A stretch of 64,000 bases of DNA. It comes from an uncultured bacterium. GTDB lineage: Bacteria > Babelota > Babeliae > Babelales > JACPOV01. A model generated the notes under the pieces. That model saw only the letters and a program-made list of their open reading frames with translations. It made no database searches and was not told where the DNA came from. How positions within the stretch are numbered: the first letter of the stretch is position 1; each line of letters starts with the position of its first letter. A program made the translations under genes and the position numbers. Positions 31,806 through 41,282 of this stretch are shown one piece after another. The stretch is taken from NCBI GenBank assembly GCA_963744715.1, contig CAVUUR010000012.1, positions 128,001 through 192,000 on the forward strand. Reading direction: 5' to 3'.

Positions 31806-33040
31806 AATGTTTCTTCTTTAGTTATATTCATCAAGATATCAGGATTAATAGATGTTTGTTCCATAAAAGCTCGTCGCACAACCATAGCATGTTGTGTACC
31901 GCCAATCATCAAAAAACCCTGTAATTTACCACAATTATCGAGTATAAATGAATGATACCAGCCATCTCCTTTTCTGACAAGATTTTCATGGTAATTTTTA
32001 GCTACCGTATAATTGGCACTCAGCATCTTGATACCAAAAAACGTCGATCCAATAATGGGGGAAATACCAGGATATGGTTTGTGCATTCCTGCCATCGCAT
32101 GCGCTGCATAAGAGCCTTGCACGACCGCATCGGACCATTTTACATTGCGCATTAAACTTCCCGTTAACCGATGTTTAACTACAGCAACATCTCCTCCTGC
32201 AAAAATGGATTCGTCACTCGTTTGCAAGTATTCATTAGTTAGTATGCCATTCTTTTGTACTGCTATACCCGCATCTTCAGCTAAGGTTAGCGCAGGCCGA
32301 ACGCCAACACAAATAACCAGCATCTCAGTTGGTATGCAATTTCCATTATTCGTTTGTACTGCGCAAATTTTATTTTGATCTGTTACAACTTCATCAATTG
32401 AATCATTAACCATAAGGTTAACTTTGTTCATAGGCATGCGTGCTTGAATAAGTAATGCGCCTTCATAATCAACATGAGCGCCCAGAATATATTCAGCACG
32501 CTCAATGATGGTAACTGCAAGCCCTTGTTGCATTAACGCATCGGCGCATTCAATACCGGTCAAGCCACCGCCCACAATAGTAACGGTTTTAACGCCACGT
32601 TCTTTAATATAGTTGAGCATACCGTTAGCAGAATGTAATCCATGAAATAAAAAAATACCTTCTACGGTATCAGGAGTATTGATGGGCAGCATTATTGGCA
32701 TAGCACCCATGCCTAAAAGAAGTTTATCATACGAAATGGTACTACCATTTTCGAGCACAATATTTTTTTCTTTTCTATTAATGCTACGAACGGCACTGCC
32801 TAACATTAAGGTAATGCGCTCTTGCTCAAAAAATAATGGCAATTTAGTGAATACCTGAGATTCAGTTTTGATGCCCGCTACATAATCAGCTAGCAAACAT
32901 TTATTATAAGGAATTTCTTGTTCATCGGATACACAAATAATATTTGCTTGCGCATCAAGGTTACGCAAGGTCATTGCAGCAGAAAGCCCTGCCGCAGAAG
33001 TTCCTATAATTACATATTTTTTTTTATCGACATTGTGCAT
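31802..33040 (-). CDS. NAD(P)/FAD-dependent oxidoreductase (NirB/rubredoxin-reductase-like)
   Basis: IIGTSAAG, YDKLLLGMG, IVGGGLTGIE, TSDESIFAGGD. Confidence 0.9.
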   Translation of the reverse strand: MHNVDKKKYVIIGTSAAGLSAAMTLRNLDAQANIICVSDEQEIPYNKCLLADYVAGIKTESQVFTKLPLFFEQERITLMLGSAVRSINRKEKNIVLENGSTISYDKLLLGMGAMPIMLPINTPDTVEGIFLFHGLHSANGMLNYIKERGVKTVTIVGGGLTGIECADALMQQGLAVTIIERAEYILGAHVDYEGALLIQARMPMNKVNLMVNDSIDEVVTDQNKICAVQTNNGNCIPTEMLVICVGVRPALTLAEDAGIAVQKNGILTNEYLQTSDESIFAGGDVAVVKHRLTGSLMRNVKWSDAVVQGSYAAHAMAGMHKPYPGISPIIGSTFFGIKMLSANYTVAKNYHENLVRKGDGWYHSFILDNCGKLQGFLMIGGTQHAMVVRRAFMEQTSINPDILMNITKEETL

Positions 33041-33147
33041 TATCAAATCCTATCATGGCCAACCTTAATATATAATTATTATAGGCGAAAAATAGCAATA
33101 GGATAAGACTCATGAGCAAACACTCATAACATGCATACATCAAATAC

Positions 33148-34065
33148 TTACGCGGTGCATTCTTGAAGAATAGTATTACGGTTAATATTTTTTATTGCGC
33201 CTAAAATAATTTTACTTAGTCCGGGCGATGCATTGTTCCATTGTAATACTTTTCCTTCTTCATTTTTCGTCATAATAGCATTATTATTCCATGAGATAGA
33301 CATTATGCCCGTACCATTATAACTACATTTTTTCATACATGATTTGTGTTCCACGTCCCACAAATAAAGAAGATGATCACCGGCACTCGTTATCAAATAG
33401 GTACTCGTTGGATCAAAACATAGCGCTTTAATGGAAGCACTATGGTGCAAGGCTGCAATACATGCCTTTTTACTGTCTTGAGTAACATCCCATATTCGAG
33501 CTGTTTTATCTTGTGACCCAGATGCGATGAGATTATTCTTACCTACCAAACAATGAATAGTATTGGTATGCCCAATCAATTTTTTTATCACCGTCTTCAA
33601 ACGCATATCAAAAACACTTATTGCCCGATTTTTCGGTGATGTATTACTAAAGACAATGTAATCGGGTAAAAAAACCATGTGATTAGGGGTACACATTATT
33701 ATTTCTGGATAATATGTATTAATTTTTTCATTATCAAGTTCCTCCAAACAATATAATGAATTCTTGGCTTGCGAACGATTACCTAACCATATCGGTGATG
33801 CCGATAGCTCTGAACAAATGACCTTACTTGCAATATTTTTAATTAAATGCTCGGGGATATTCTCTAACGCCGTTGTTACAGCATTGATCGTATCATCATT
33901 TGCATGATTCAAATATTCATATTTTTTTTCTAAATGCTTATAGATACATACGGAACAAAGATCTTGTAAAGATTGAACGCTACATTTTTCTCTTTTTTCT
34001 AACTCCATCGGCCACATAGTACCAAAAACTAATAACCCATACCATAGTATTAATGTTTTCACCAT
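33148..34065 (-). CDS. Secreted WD40 protein with N-terminal BC/SOCS-box-like motif
   Basis: Signal peptide; VQSLQDLCSVCI; GHTNTIHCL..ASGSQDKTARIWD, LYLWD. Confidence 0.8.
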   Translation of the reverse strand: MVKTLILWYGLLVFGTMWPMELEKREKCSVQSLQDLCSVCIYKHLEKKYEYLNHANDDTINAVTTALENIPEHLIKNIASKVICSELSASPIWLGNRSQAKNSLYCLEELDNEKINTYYPEIIMCTPNHMVFLPDYIVFSNTSPKNRAISVFDMRLKTVIKKLIGHTNTIHCLVGKNNLIASGSQDKTARIWDVTQDSKKACIAALHHSASIKALCFDPTSTYLITSAGDHLLYLWDVEHKSCMKKCSYNGTGIMSISWNNNAIMTKNEEGKVLQWNNASPGLSKIILGAIKNINRNTILQECTA

Positions 34066-34123
34066 TAAAATATATTCTCCCTGATCTATTTTCACTACAT
34101 CACAATTTTTTATGCTTTTATAA

Positions 34124-34200
34124 TGGCGCGCCCGACAGGATTTGAACCTGTGGCCTACAGATTAGGAATCTGTCGCTCTATCCACCTGAGCTACGGGCGC
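34124..34200 (-). tRNA. tRNA-Arg (CCT)
   Basis: GCGCCCG acceptor stem, ACAGA-TTCCTAA-TCTGT anticodon arm, TTCAAAT T-loop, encoded CCA. Confidence 0.97.
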
Positions 34201-34290
34201 TTAAAAACATTTTCTCGTGTTAATAACAAAAAAATTCTCTACGAAAAAGTAACGTTCTATAGTATGGCACTACGATTCAGATGTTTTTTC

Positions 34291-34884
34291 TTATATTATA
34301 TAATCAAAAATCGCAACCTGTGCATCGTTACTAACGGTATCACTCGTATTTACATACTTCTCTAGGTAGTTAGAATGCTTTTCTAGCATGCAATCCATTG
34401 TGCACTTACGAGGTAAATTTGCCTTTATGCCCCTCTTTAATTTTTCGTTGCCATTTATCTGATTAATTTCTTCAACTGATAAAAGCCGCATCGAAAGATC
34501 ATAATCCTTAATATGTTCCGGTGATATAACCAGTGCGACAATAATGGGATCCACGTAGGAGCCTCTGCGCATATTTACAACGTTATGTAGATAACAAGGA
34601 CTTTTGCCATTAACGTATCCATACCATGTGTTTTTTGATTCAGTATCTTGAATACCTGTTACCAAAAATCCTTTAAATGCACACAAATCGCTCCATGTTT
34701 CAATCTTTGTTGGCTGCATTGTTCTTATCGTTGGCACTTTTTCTTTGTTTGCTAATCCATACTCACTTTTTCTGACTACCTTCGATGGTTTTTTCCTTTT
34801 TTTTCCAATTGATTCTTCCATACAAAAAATAGGTTGCATATTTATACATACGAGAGCGCACATAATATGTTTCAAATTAAGCAT
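34291..34884 (-). CDS. Secreted family-A paralog (divergent, no C-terminal F-box-like motif)
   Basis: Leader MLNLKHIMCALVCINMQPIFCME; KIETWSDL..FKG, WYGYV, LSMR..EEINQI. Confidence 0.7.
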   Translation of the reverse strand: MLNLKHIMCALVCINMQPIFCMEESIGKKRKKPSKVVRKSEYGLANKEKVPTIRTMQPTKIETWSDLCAFKGFLVTGIQDTESKNTWYGYVNGKSPCYLHNVVNMRRGSYVDPIIVALVISPEHIKDYDLSMRLLSVEEINQINGNEKLKRGIKANLPRKCTMDCMLEKHSNYLEKYVNTSDTVSNDAQVAIFDYII

Positions 34885-35064
34885 AAAAATTCCTTCGTTT
34901 TACGGTGTTAAGATGTCTCCTATTAACGTGTGCCTAAAAATTATACATAAAATTAAAGTAAAAAAAAGGTATTTAGCATGAACGACAAGAACTATTGTAG
35001 GAACGATAGCTAAAAATACTCCGTGATTCAAGAGCTCAAAAGTATTTTATACTGCTTTGAAATG

Positions 35065-35469
35065 CTAACAACAATAATTACTGGAAGATCCGTTAGGCCT
35101 TTTAACTTCATTCCTAGAAAGGTAGGTACATAAAACGAAACCGGTTATTACGCCCACTGCAAAAGTAAGCTTTGAAGGTTTTCCCTTATAAACACGTTGC
35201 GTTATGTGCGATGCTTTGTATAATGTTTCCAAGTTTCTAATATCGTAGGTATTATGTAAAGGATCTTCAAACACCCGTTGAATTTCCTTCTGATAGTTTG
35301 ATAAATCAGAGCAAGAAATTATTTTGCAACGTTTCCCACTAACATTAAATTCGTTAGAAACAAAATCACCAGCTTTATCAATACCACGAACAACCTTATT
35401 AGTATTACTCATACCGCTCATTGAACTAATATTGCTTAATAACCACAATGATATTATTACTTTATTCAT
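35065..35469 (-). CDS. Hypothetical secreted/membrane protein
   Basis: Signal peptide, AAGGA RBS, C-terminal hydrophobic segment. Confidence 0.6.
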   Translation of the reverse strand: MNKVIISLWLLSNISSMSGMSNTNKVVRGIDKAGDFVSNEFNVSGKRCKIISCSDLSNYQKEIQRVFEDPLHNTYDIRNLETLYKASHITQRVYKGKPSKLTFAVGVITGFVLCTYLSRNEVKRPNGSSSNYCC

Positions 35470-35610
35470 GAACTTCCTTTTTTATTTACATTTTCACAAC
35501 AAAACCCAATAATCGACCTTAGAATAGCGTTGACTTCGCGTGTTTTTTACCTTACCATGCACGATAATAATTACTCATAATTCATTTTCTCAATAAAGGT
35601 CAATATTACT

Positions 35611-36252
35611 ATGTTCTTCATACTGTTGATGCTCTTGTTCTATTCACCCGCATGCTGTACGGAGAGTAGTTCGCTAGCACTAAACTCTCCCGATATAATC
35701 AAGTTGATAGCGTATGCAATCATTGGCACTACTAAACCTACAAAATATTCTCATAAAGAATTACTGACCTCTTTGAAAAATTTTTCGCGTGCCAATAAAA
35801 AAATTCATGAAACTCTGCACAACCTACGATGCGGTCCTGAAAACACAACGGAAAATTTTAATAACTATCTCATTGCTCACCTTGCTAAAAGTTTTGATGG
35901 CAAATACAACCCCGAATGCCTAGCTGCGGCCTATGTGGGAACGCCCTATGCTTTACAACAAGTATGCAAAACTTATTCTTTTTCTATTACTACTAATGAA
36001 TTTAAAGTAAGTTTAGGAGCTCGCTATAGATGTAGTTATAAAACGTACATGGTAGTTGATCACGAAAAGTATATTGCCGACTCGAGAACCGTTTACTATA
36101 AACAAGAAGAATATTGCGAACTAACACTGCCAACGGCAGAAGAAACATTGTCAAAATTTCCCCCTTCAACACGTACGTTTTGCAATCAATTACTCCTTAA
36201 CAAAGAATATTACCCGACAATACGACTACTCTCTCAACGGATTACCGCATAG
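35611..36252 (+). CDS. Hypothetical secreted protein
   Basis: Signal peptide; weak F-box-like LNSPDIIKLI after it. Confidence 0.6.
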   Translation: MFFILLMLLFYSPACCTESSSLALNSPDIIKLIAYAIIGTTKPTKYSHKELLTSLKNFSRANKKIHETLHNLRCGPENTTENFNNYLIAHLAKSFDGKYNPECLAAAYVGTPYALQQVCKTYSFSITTNEFKVSLGARYRCSYKTYMVVDHEKYIADSRTVYYKQEEYCELTLPTAEETLSKFPPSTRTFCNQLLLNKEYYPTIRLLSQRITA

Positions 36253-36908
36253 CGAAAGTTTGCAATGAGCCGAGCGATATCAAGAGAAAATGGACTAGCA
36301 TAGGGATAGTTCTCTTTCTTTATCCTTTTATTGTTCCTTACTATTATTGCTACATGTGCTCGAGGACGTGCACTTAAAAACTCGACCATGTGTTCTACAT
36401 ATTCTTCCTTGAGCTTAATCACATAATCACTATGTTTTTGTGCTATTGACTCACTGATATCGTCATGATATTCAAATTTAGCTTCATCAAACTTTATCGC
36501 CGCAGAAATTTGGTTAGCTTCTTGCATCGTTGCAAGCCCCATTCTTATGGGACTTCGCGCAATAGTAGAATCGGTTAGAATGGCAGCCCAAGAAACTTGT
36601 TCTTTGGTTAGAAACTGATATAAGTTATATCCTTTTTCTCCGGAAGATAATGTCTCACTATCAGTGCCAATATACGCGTATTTAATACGTTTATCGGTGT
36701 GTATTTGATATCCTTTATATAATCCAAAATAATATGCATTGGTTGTATAGGTAACAACATGGCCGGCAAATTTACGTACATCTTCGAATTGTTCAAGTTT
36801 TACCAGCGCGGTAGTCGCTCTATCTTCTTTGGTCGATTGTTTCATGCAGAAAATGGATTGCATACTCATGCATATTACCATGTACAATGGGTATTTTATT
36901 GTAACCAT
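36234..36908 (-). CDS. Secreted family-A paralog
   Basis: ATG 36908 after AAGGA; MQSIFCM leader; FAGHVV, IKYAYI, LTDS, ATMQEANQI; C-terminal PFSLDIARLIANFRY. Confidence 0.75.
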   Translation of the reverse strand: MVTIKYPLYMVICMSMQSIFCMKQSTKEDRATTALVKLEQFEDVRKFAGHVVTYTTNAYYFGLYKGYQIHTDKRIKYAYIGTDSETLSSGEKGYNLYQFLTKEQVSWAAILTDSTIARSPIRMGLATMQEANQISAAIKFDEAKFEYHDDISESIAQKHSDYVIKLKEEYVEHMVEFLSARPRAHVAIIVRNNKRIKKENYPYASPFSLDIARLIANFRYAVIR

Positions 36909-37161
36909 AAAATTCCTTATAATTGTAATGATGAGCAAATAGTAACAATAATTTTCTAACACTATGATTATATTCGATTCGGATGATGTTTTACTACACT
37001 CAAGCAGAAATTAATAGAGAGCAATAACTCTTCCAGGTATACGTACAAAAAACAATCAGTAATTTTTACAAAACTTAGTATCTGTGTTAAACCTGTTACT
37101 GAGAATACTGTTAATTAAAAAACATCCAATAACTTTGCTCATAAAAAAGTAGAAAGTGTGT

Positions 37162-38178
37162 ATGGATCCTTTTATAAAAAATTTACCAAAAGCCGAATTG
37201 CATGTGCATATAGAAGGAACGTTACAACCGGAACATTTATTATCATTGGCTGAACGCAACAAAGTTGCCATTCCCTATCAAACCCTGGATGATATTAAAC
37301 AGCATTATCAATCATTCAGCAACTACCAGGATTTTTTTGCTGCCTATGTTATTGGCACCAGCGTGATATGCACGGAGCAAGATTTTTATGATGTAGCATT
37401 AGCCTATATAAAAAAAGCTTCTGAACAAGGCGTGCTGCATACCGAAATTTTTTTTGACATTCAAAATTATCTGCCACGGGGAATGCATCCTGCTACCATT
37501 ATTAATGGCATTCACGCCGGATTATCGGCAGGCCACCAGATATACGGTGTAACCAGTTATATGATTTTAACTTTTTTACGAGATTTATCAGAAAAAAATG
37601 CTCTTGAAAGTTTATTACAAGCCATGCCTTTCAAAGATAAAATTGTTGCCGTAGGCCTAGCTGCAACTGAATACGGTAACCCTCCGGTAAAATTTCGCGA
37701 AGTTTTCGAGCGAGCAAAAAGTCTTGGATTACACCGCGTTGCTCATGCCGGAGAAGATGCAGGAGTAGAGTATGTATGGCAAGCCCTTACCGCATTAGAC
37801 GTTGAACGAATCGATCACGGTGTTTGTTGCTTAGATGATCCGCACCTCGTTAATTATTTGGTTACCAATAACATTGGCATAACGGTCTGCCCTGTATCCA
37901 ATGTAGCATTACGGCGTTTTAATTCACTTAAAGAGCATCCGGTTAAAAAAATGCTCGATGCTGGGCTGCTGGTTTCTATCAATTCTGATGATCCTGCACT
38001 ATTTGGATCTTATATTGCCGATGTAATGGAAGCAACGAAAAATGCTCTTAATCTATCGTATAATGATCTTATTACCTGTGCCCGTAATTCTTTTACCTCA
38101 TCATTTCTTGATCGAGATCAAAAAGAAAACTATATCAAAAAACTATCGTTGTACAGTGCCCAACATGCACACCCCTAA
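37162..38178 (+). CDS. add: Adenosine/adenine deaminase
   Basis: LPKAELHVHIEG, VAHAGE, RIDHG, TVCPVSN, INSDDP. Confidence 0.93.
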   Translation: MDPFIKNLPKAELHVHIEGTLQPEHLLSLAERNKVAIPYQTLDDIKQHYQSFSNYQDFFAAYVIGTSVICTEQDFYDVALAYIKKASEQGVLHTEIFFDIQNYLPRGMHPATIINGIHAGLSAGHQIYGVTSYMILTFLRDLSEKNALESLLQAMPFKDKIVAVGLAATEYGNPPVKFREVFERAKSLGLHRVAHAGEDAGVEYVWQALTALDVERIDHGVCCLDDPHLVNYLVTNNIGITVCPVSNVALRRFNSLKEHPVKKMLDAGLLVSINSDDPALFGSYIADVMEATKNALNLSYNDLITCARNSFTSSFLDRDQKENYIKKLSLYSAQHAHP

Positions 38179-38228
38179 AAACAATCTCTCGCTCAATAGC
38201 GCTCATTAATTACAGTATTGAGGAATTA

Positions 38229-38891
38229 TTATGCATTATCTTCTACACCATATTTAAACTTTGTAATGTGAAGAAGCATTTCATAAGGAAGTATAGGATA
38301 CACTACGGGGATTCGCTTTTCCTCGTGTGCATTATAACATCCTAATAAAGCTATGGCCAAATCTTGAGCATATTTTTTCTTCAGCTGCTCACATCCTTGT
38401 ATTATTTTATTACTTTTCGATTGATGATACGTTCCAAAAAAATTTCCAAATCTAGCATTACCAGAAATTGCAGCACGTATTTGAGTTATTTCTTGCATTG
38501 TTGCAGCTCTCATCGATACATTAGCTCCAGTAATTGAAGAATCAGTTAGCTCGTCATACCCACTTTGGTCTTCGTTCAGCAAGGGCAACAGAGTATATCC
38601 TGCAGGTTTTTGATATGGAGTATAATCTTGAACATCTTCCCGAGTAAGCGGATTTTTTTCAATATATCCATACTTGATCGAACTATCTTGGTCTATTATA
38701 TATCCCCTGCCCAATCTTTCTGATATTGTTGTGTACGCTACAAGATACCCAGCAAACGGCTCGATAGTTTCCCATGTTTTAATTTCTGACAATACTGCCA
38801 TCACTTCTTTTGTATCTGATTGCTCCATACAAAAACTGTGTTGCATATTCATGGAAATCACAATGCACAAAAAGTATTTCACATTAACCAT
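38229..38891 (-). CDS. Secreted family-A paralog
   Basis: MQHSFCMEQ leader, family core motifs, C-terminal YPILPYEMLLHITKFKY. Confidence 0.8.
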   Translation of the reverse strand: MVNVKYFLCIVISMNMQHSFCMEQSDTKEVMAVLSEIKTWETIEPFAGYLVAYTTISERLGRGYIIDQDSSIKYGYIEKNPLTREDVQDYTPYQKPAGYTLLPLLNEDQSGYDELTDSSITGANVSMRAATMQEITQIRAAISGNARFGNFFGTYHQSKSNKIIQGCEQLKKKYAQDLAIALLGCYNAHEEKRIPVVYPILPYEMLLHITKFKYGVEDNA

Positions 38892-38936
38892 AAAAATCCT
38901 TTTAGTTTTACGTTGTTATATTTTTCAGCGCAAATC

Positions 38937-39267
38937 TTATCTTCCTTTTTGAAGAGCAGCCGCATAATTAAAATCAAAAAAATAACTTTGCCTCATCATT
39001 GGTACCGTATTCATTGTCATAGAGAAAATAATCTATAAGCGCTTCACGTGTGCGTAAAAGCTCTCGTAAAGACCCTCCTCTATTTTTAGGATCTGCGATG
39101 GTTAAATCTAAAAGCTCCAACGCTCTTTCAAAAGATTTTTTACTATAATCAAGATTACCATTTTTTTTCCATTGTATTGTTCTTTCAATATCACAATCAA
39201 CGTTTGCTAATTGCTCAAATAAAGAAAACTTAAACCAATGTTCTGGTGTTAAATCTTTATGTATCAT
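38937..39267 (-). pseudogene. Small helical hypothetical protein, frameshifted near its C-terminus
   Basis: WFKFSLFEQLAN..FERALELLDLTIADPKN; a plausible tail QSYFFDFNYAAALQKGR* lies in another frame after about 38992. Confidence 0.6.
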
Positions 39268-39333
39268 GCTATTGCCAATGTATGCACAATCTTTTTAATT
39301 ATTTTTTGATTTTTCTTAAAGCATTTGTATGTA

Positions 39334-40005
39334 TTAATTTTCTACACCATATTTAAACTTTGTAATGTGAAGAAGCATTTCATAAGGAAGTATAGGATAC
39401 GCTACGGGGATTCGCTTTTCATCATGTTCCTGATAACATTTTAATAAAGCTTTGGCCAGATCCTCTGCATATTTCTTCTTCAGCTCAGGTAAATACTTCA
39501 GCTGCTTACACCGCTGTAATATTCCATTACTTTCCAATTCAAGGTCATCCTCAAGGAGTTTTCCAAATCCAGCATTATTATCAGAAATTGCTATACGTAT
39601 TTGATTTATTTCTTTCAGTGTTGCAACTCGCATTAATAAATTAGCTTTAGCAATTGAGGAATCAGTTAGATTGCAATATCCACAATCAATTTTATTTATC
39701 AATGTCCACAGAGTATACGCTTCTTCATACAGCTTATTATGATAAGTCCCAACAAGAGGCTCCTCTTCAACGTATCCATAGTTAAGCGAACTGTCTTGAT
39801 ATAATGAATATCCTCTTTCCTTCCCCAATTCTTTTGATGATCCTGTATAGGCAACGATAAAACCTGTAAATCGTTCAACATCTTTCCATGTTTTAATTTC
39901 TGATAATACTCCCATTACTTCTTTTGTATCTGATTGCTCCATGCAAAAAACTTGCTGTATGCTCATACATAGTGTAATACACAAAAAATGTTTCATGTGA
40001 ATCAT
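39334..40005 (-). CDS. Secreted family-A paralog
   Basis: IQQVFCMEQSDTKEVM leader; C-terminal YPILPYEMLLHITKFKY. Confidence 0.8.
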   Translation of the reverse strand: MIHMKHFLCITLCMSIQQVFCMEQSDTKEVMGVLSEIKTWKDVERFTGFIVAYTGSSKELGKERGYSLYQDSSLNYGYVEEEPLVGTYHNKLYEEAYTLWTLINKIDCGYCNLTDSSIAKANLLMRVATLKEINQIRIAISDNNAGFGKLLEDDLELESNGILQRCKQLKYLPELKKKYAEDLAKALLKCYQEHDEKRIPVAYPILPYEMLLHITKFKYGVEN

Positions 40006-40097
40006 AAAAATCCTTTTAATTTTATGTTGCTATATTTTCCAGCACAGCAAGTCTGCCACTTTTTGTGAAAAAACACTATCATGTGAATATTTTATAC

Positions 40098-40131
40098 AAA
40101 AAAAAGGCCTACTGGAATAAACCAATAGGCC
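40098..40131 (-). terminator. Intrinsic terminator
   Basis: Minus strand ggcctattgg-tttatt-ccagtaggcc followed by T8. Confidence 0.75.
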
Positions 40132-40157
40132 CTAAAAAAATTTAACTAACGTAAAAA

Positions 40158-40754
40158 TTATTTAATGCTGTTCAATAAGATCTCTTTTCTTCTACGTTCT
40201 TCAGCCTCAAAGGCCACCAGCAATGCATCATTAATTCTTTTTATTTGTATCAAGTTATCTTGTAAAAATTCATCGACGATAGCTTTACATCCAGGATATT
40301 TTCTATTTAAACCTTCACTTACTAATTGTCTAAATTCAAGAGCATTCCCATTATCATCTTTAATTACTTTAGAACCTTCCAAAGAAGCCTTTTTAACAAA
40401 AATAGTATTATCTTCTTGAGTAATAGAATGAAAAGATTTTACAGATTCTTCGGCTGACATTTCTTTGCATACCGCCAATAAGGCCAATAACTTTAACTGA
40501 GCTGACAATGGTTTATTGTTTTGATGAGATTTTTCTATATCCCGTATAATAGAATCCTTTATATCAGAATTTATATACTTATTGCTGGAATTTTCTTTTG
40601 AGAAACGCTCATCCCATTCTTTTTTAGCGTTTTGTATATAGTTGTCAAGCAATGGTTCATCAAATTTGTTCCATTCAACTGTAACGTGCAACTCCGCCCG
40701 TGACTTTAAGGACAATAATGCCATAGCAAATAATAACATGCTACTAGTTTTCAT
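40158..40754 (-). CDS. Hypothetical secreted protein
   Basis: GGAG RBS, signal peptide ending SRA, followed by a terminator. Confidence 0.7.
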   Translation of the reverse strand: MKTSSMLLFAMALLSLKSRAELHVTVEWNKFDEPLLDNYIQNAKKEWDERFSKENSSNKYINSDIKDSIIRDIEKSHQNNKPLSAQLKLLALLAVCKEMSAEESVKSFHSITQEDNTIFVKKASLEGSKVIKDDNGNALEFRQLVSEGLNRKYPGCKAIVDEFLQDNLIQIKRINDALLVAFEAEERRRKEILLNSIK

Positions 40755-40890
40755 AAATAAGTCTCCGTAATTAATAATAACAATATAGTTAGTTCTTAAT
40801 TTTTAATTCTATATGATAATAAAAAATTTTCAATGGGCAGAAATAATTACGACAATCCGATAAAACAGTTAGCCATGTCAAAACATTGAC

Positions 40891-41107
40891 AAAAACTGGC
40901 GTGCCGGCTAAAGCTCGCAGAACGAAGCATTGATTTTATTATATATACATAATACATAAGCTTATTGTTTTGATGGTCTGCTTACGGTCCTCCTACGCCA
41001 AGGCTTCGGCGGACAGCTTTCGCTTTATGAGCAAAATATTAACTTTTCAATGTATGCCAACTCCTGAAAAAACTGGCGTGCCAGCTGAAGCTTTTAGCGA
41101 AAGCTGG
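40891..41107. repeat. Cluster of three related GC-rich palindromic (REP-like) units 3' of tRNA-Arg(TCG)
   Basis: aaaaactggcgtgcc(g/a)gct(a/g)aagct at 40891 and 41068; opposite-orientation relative cctcctacgccaaggcttcggcgg at about 40989-41012. Confidence 0.7.
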
Positions 41108-41181
41108 TGCGCCTGGCAGGAGTCGAACCTGCAACCTACGGATTCGAAATCCGGTACTCTATCCAGTTGAGCTACAGGCGC
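41105..41181 (-). tRNA. tRNA-Arg (TCG)
   Basis: GCGCCTG acceptor stem, CGGA-TTTCGAA-TCCG anticodon arm, TTCGACT T-loop, encoded CCA. Confidence 0.96.
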
Positions 41182-41282
41182 AAAAATTAGTACTAGTTAT
41201 AGCAAAAAAAATGGTAATAATACCATGGGGAATTTAGTGTATCACTATTGCTATGATAAATCAAAATCTGCTCGCTTAAAAC

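Noticed and set aside
34123..34365. 80-aa ORF MARPTGFEP...
   Set aside because: Antisense translation of tRNA-Arg(CCT).
40970..41170. 66-aa ORF containing SSYAKASAD
   Set aside because: Translation of the palindromic repeats plus the antisense tRNA.
34124..41181. attL/attR of an integrated element
   Set aside because: The two ends are complete tRNAs with different anticodons rather than an exact 3' duplication, and no integrase is present.
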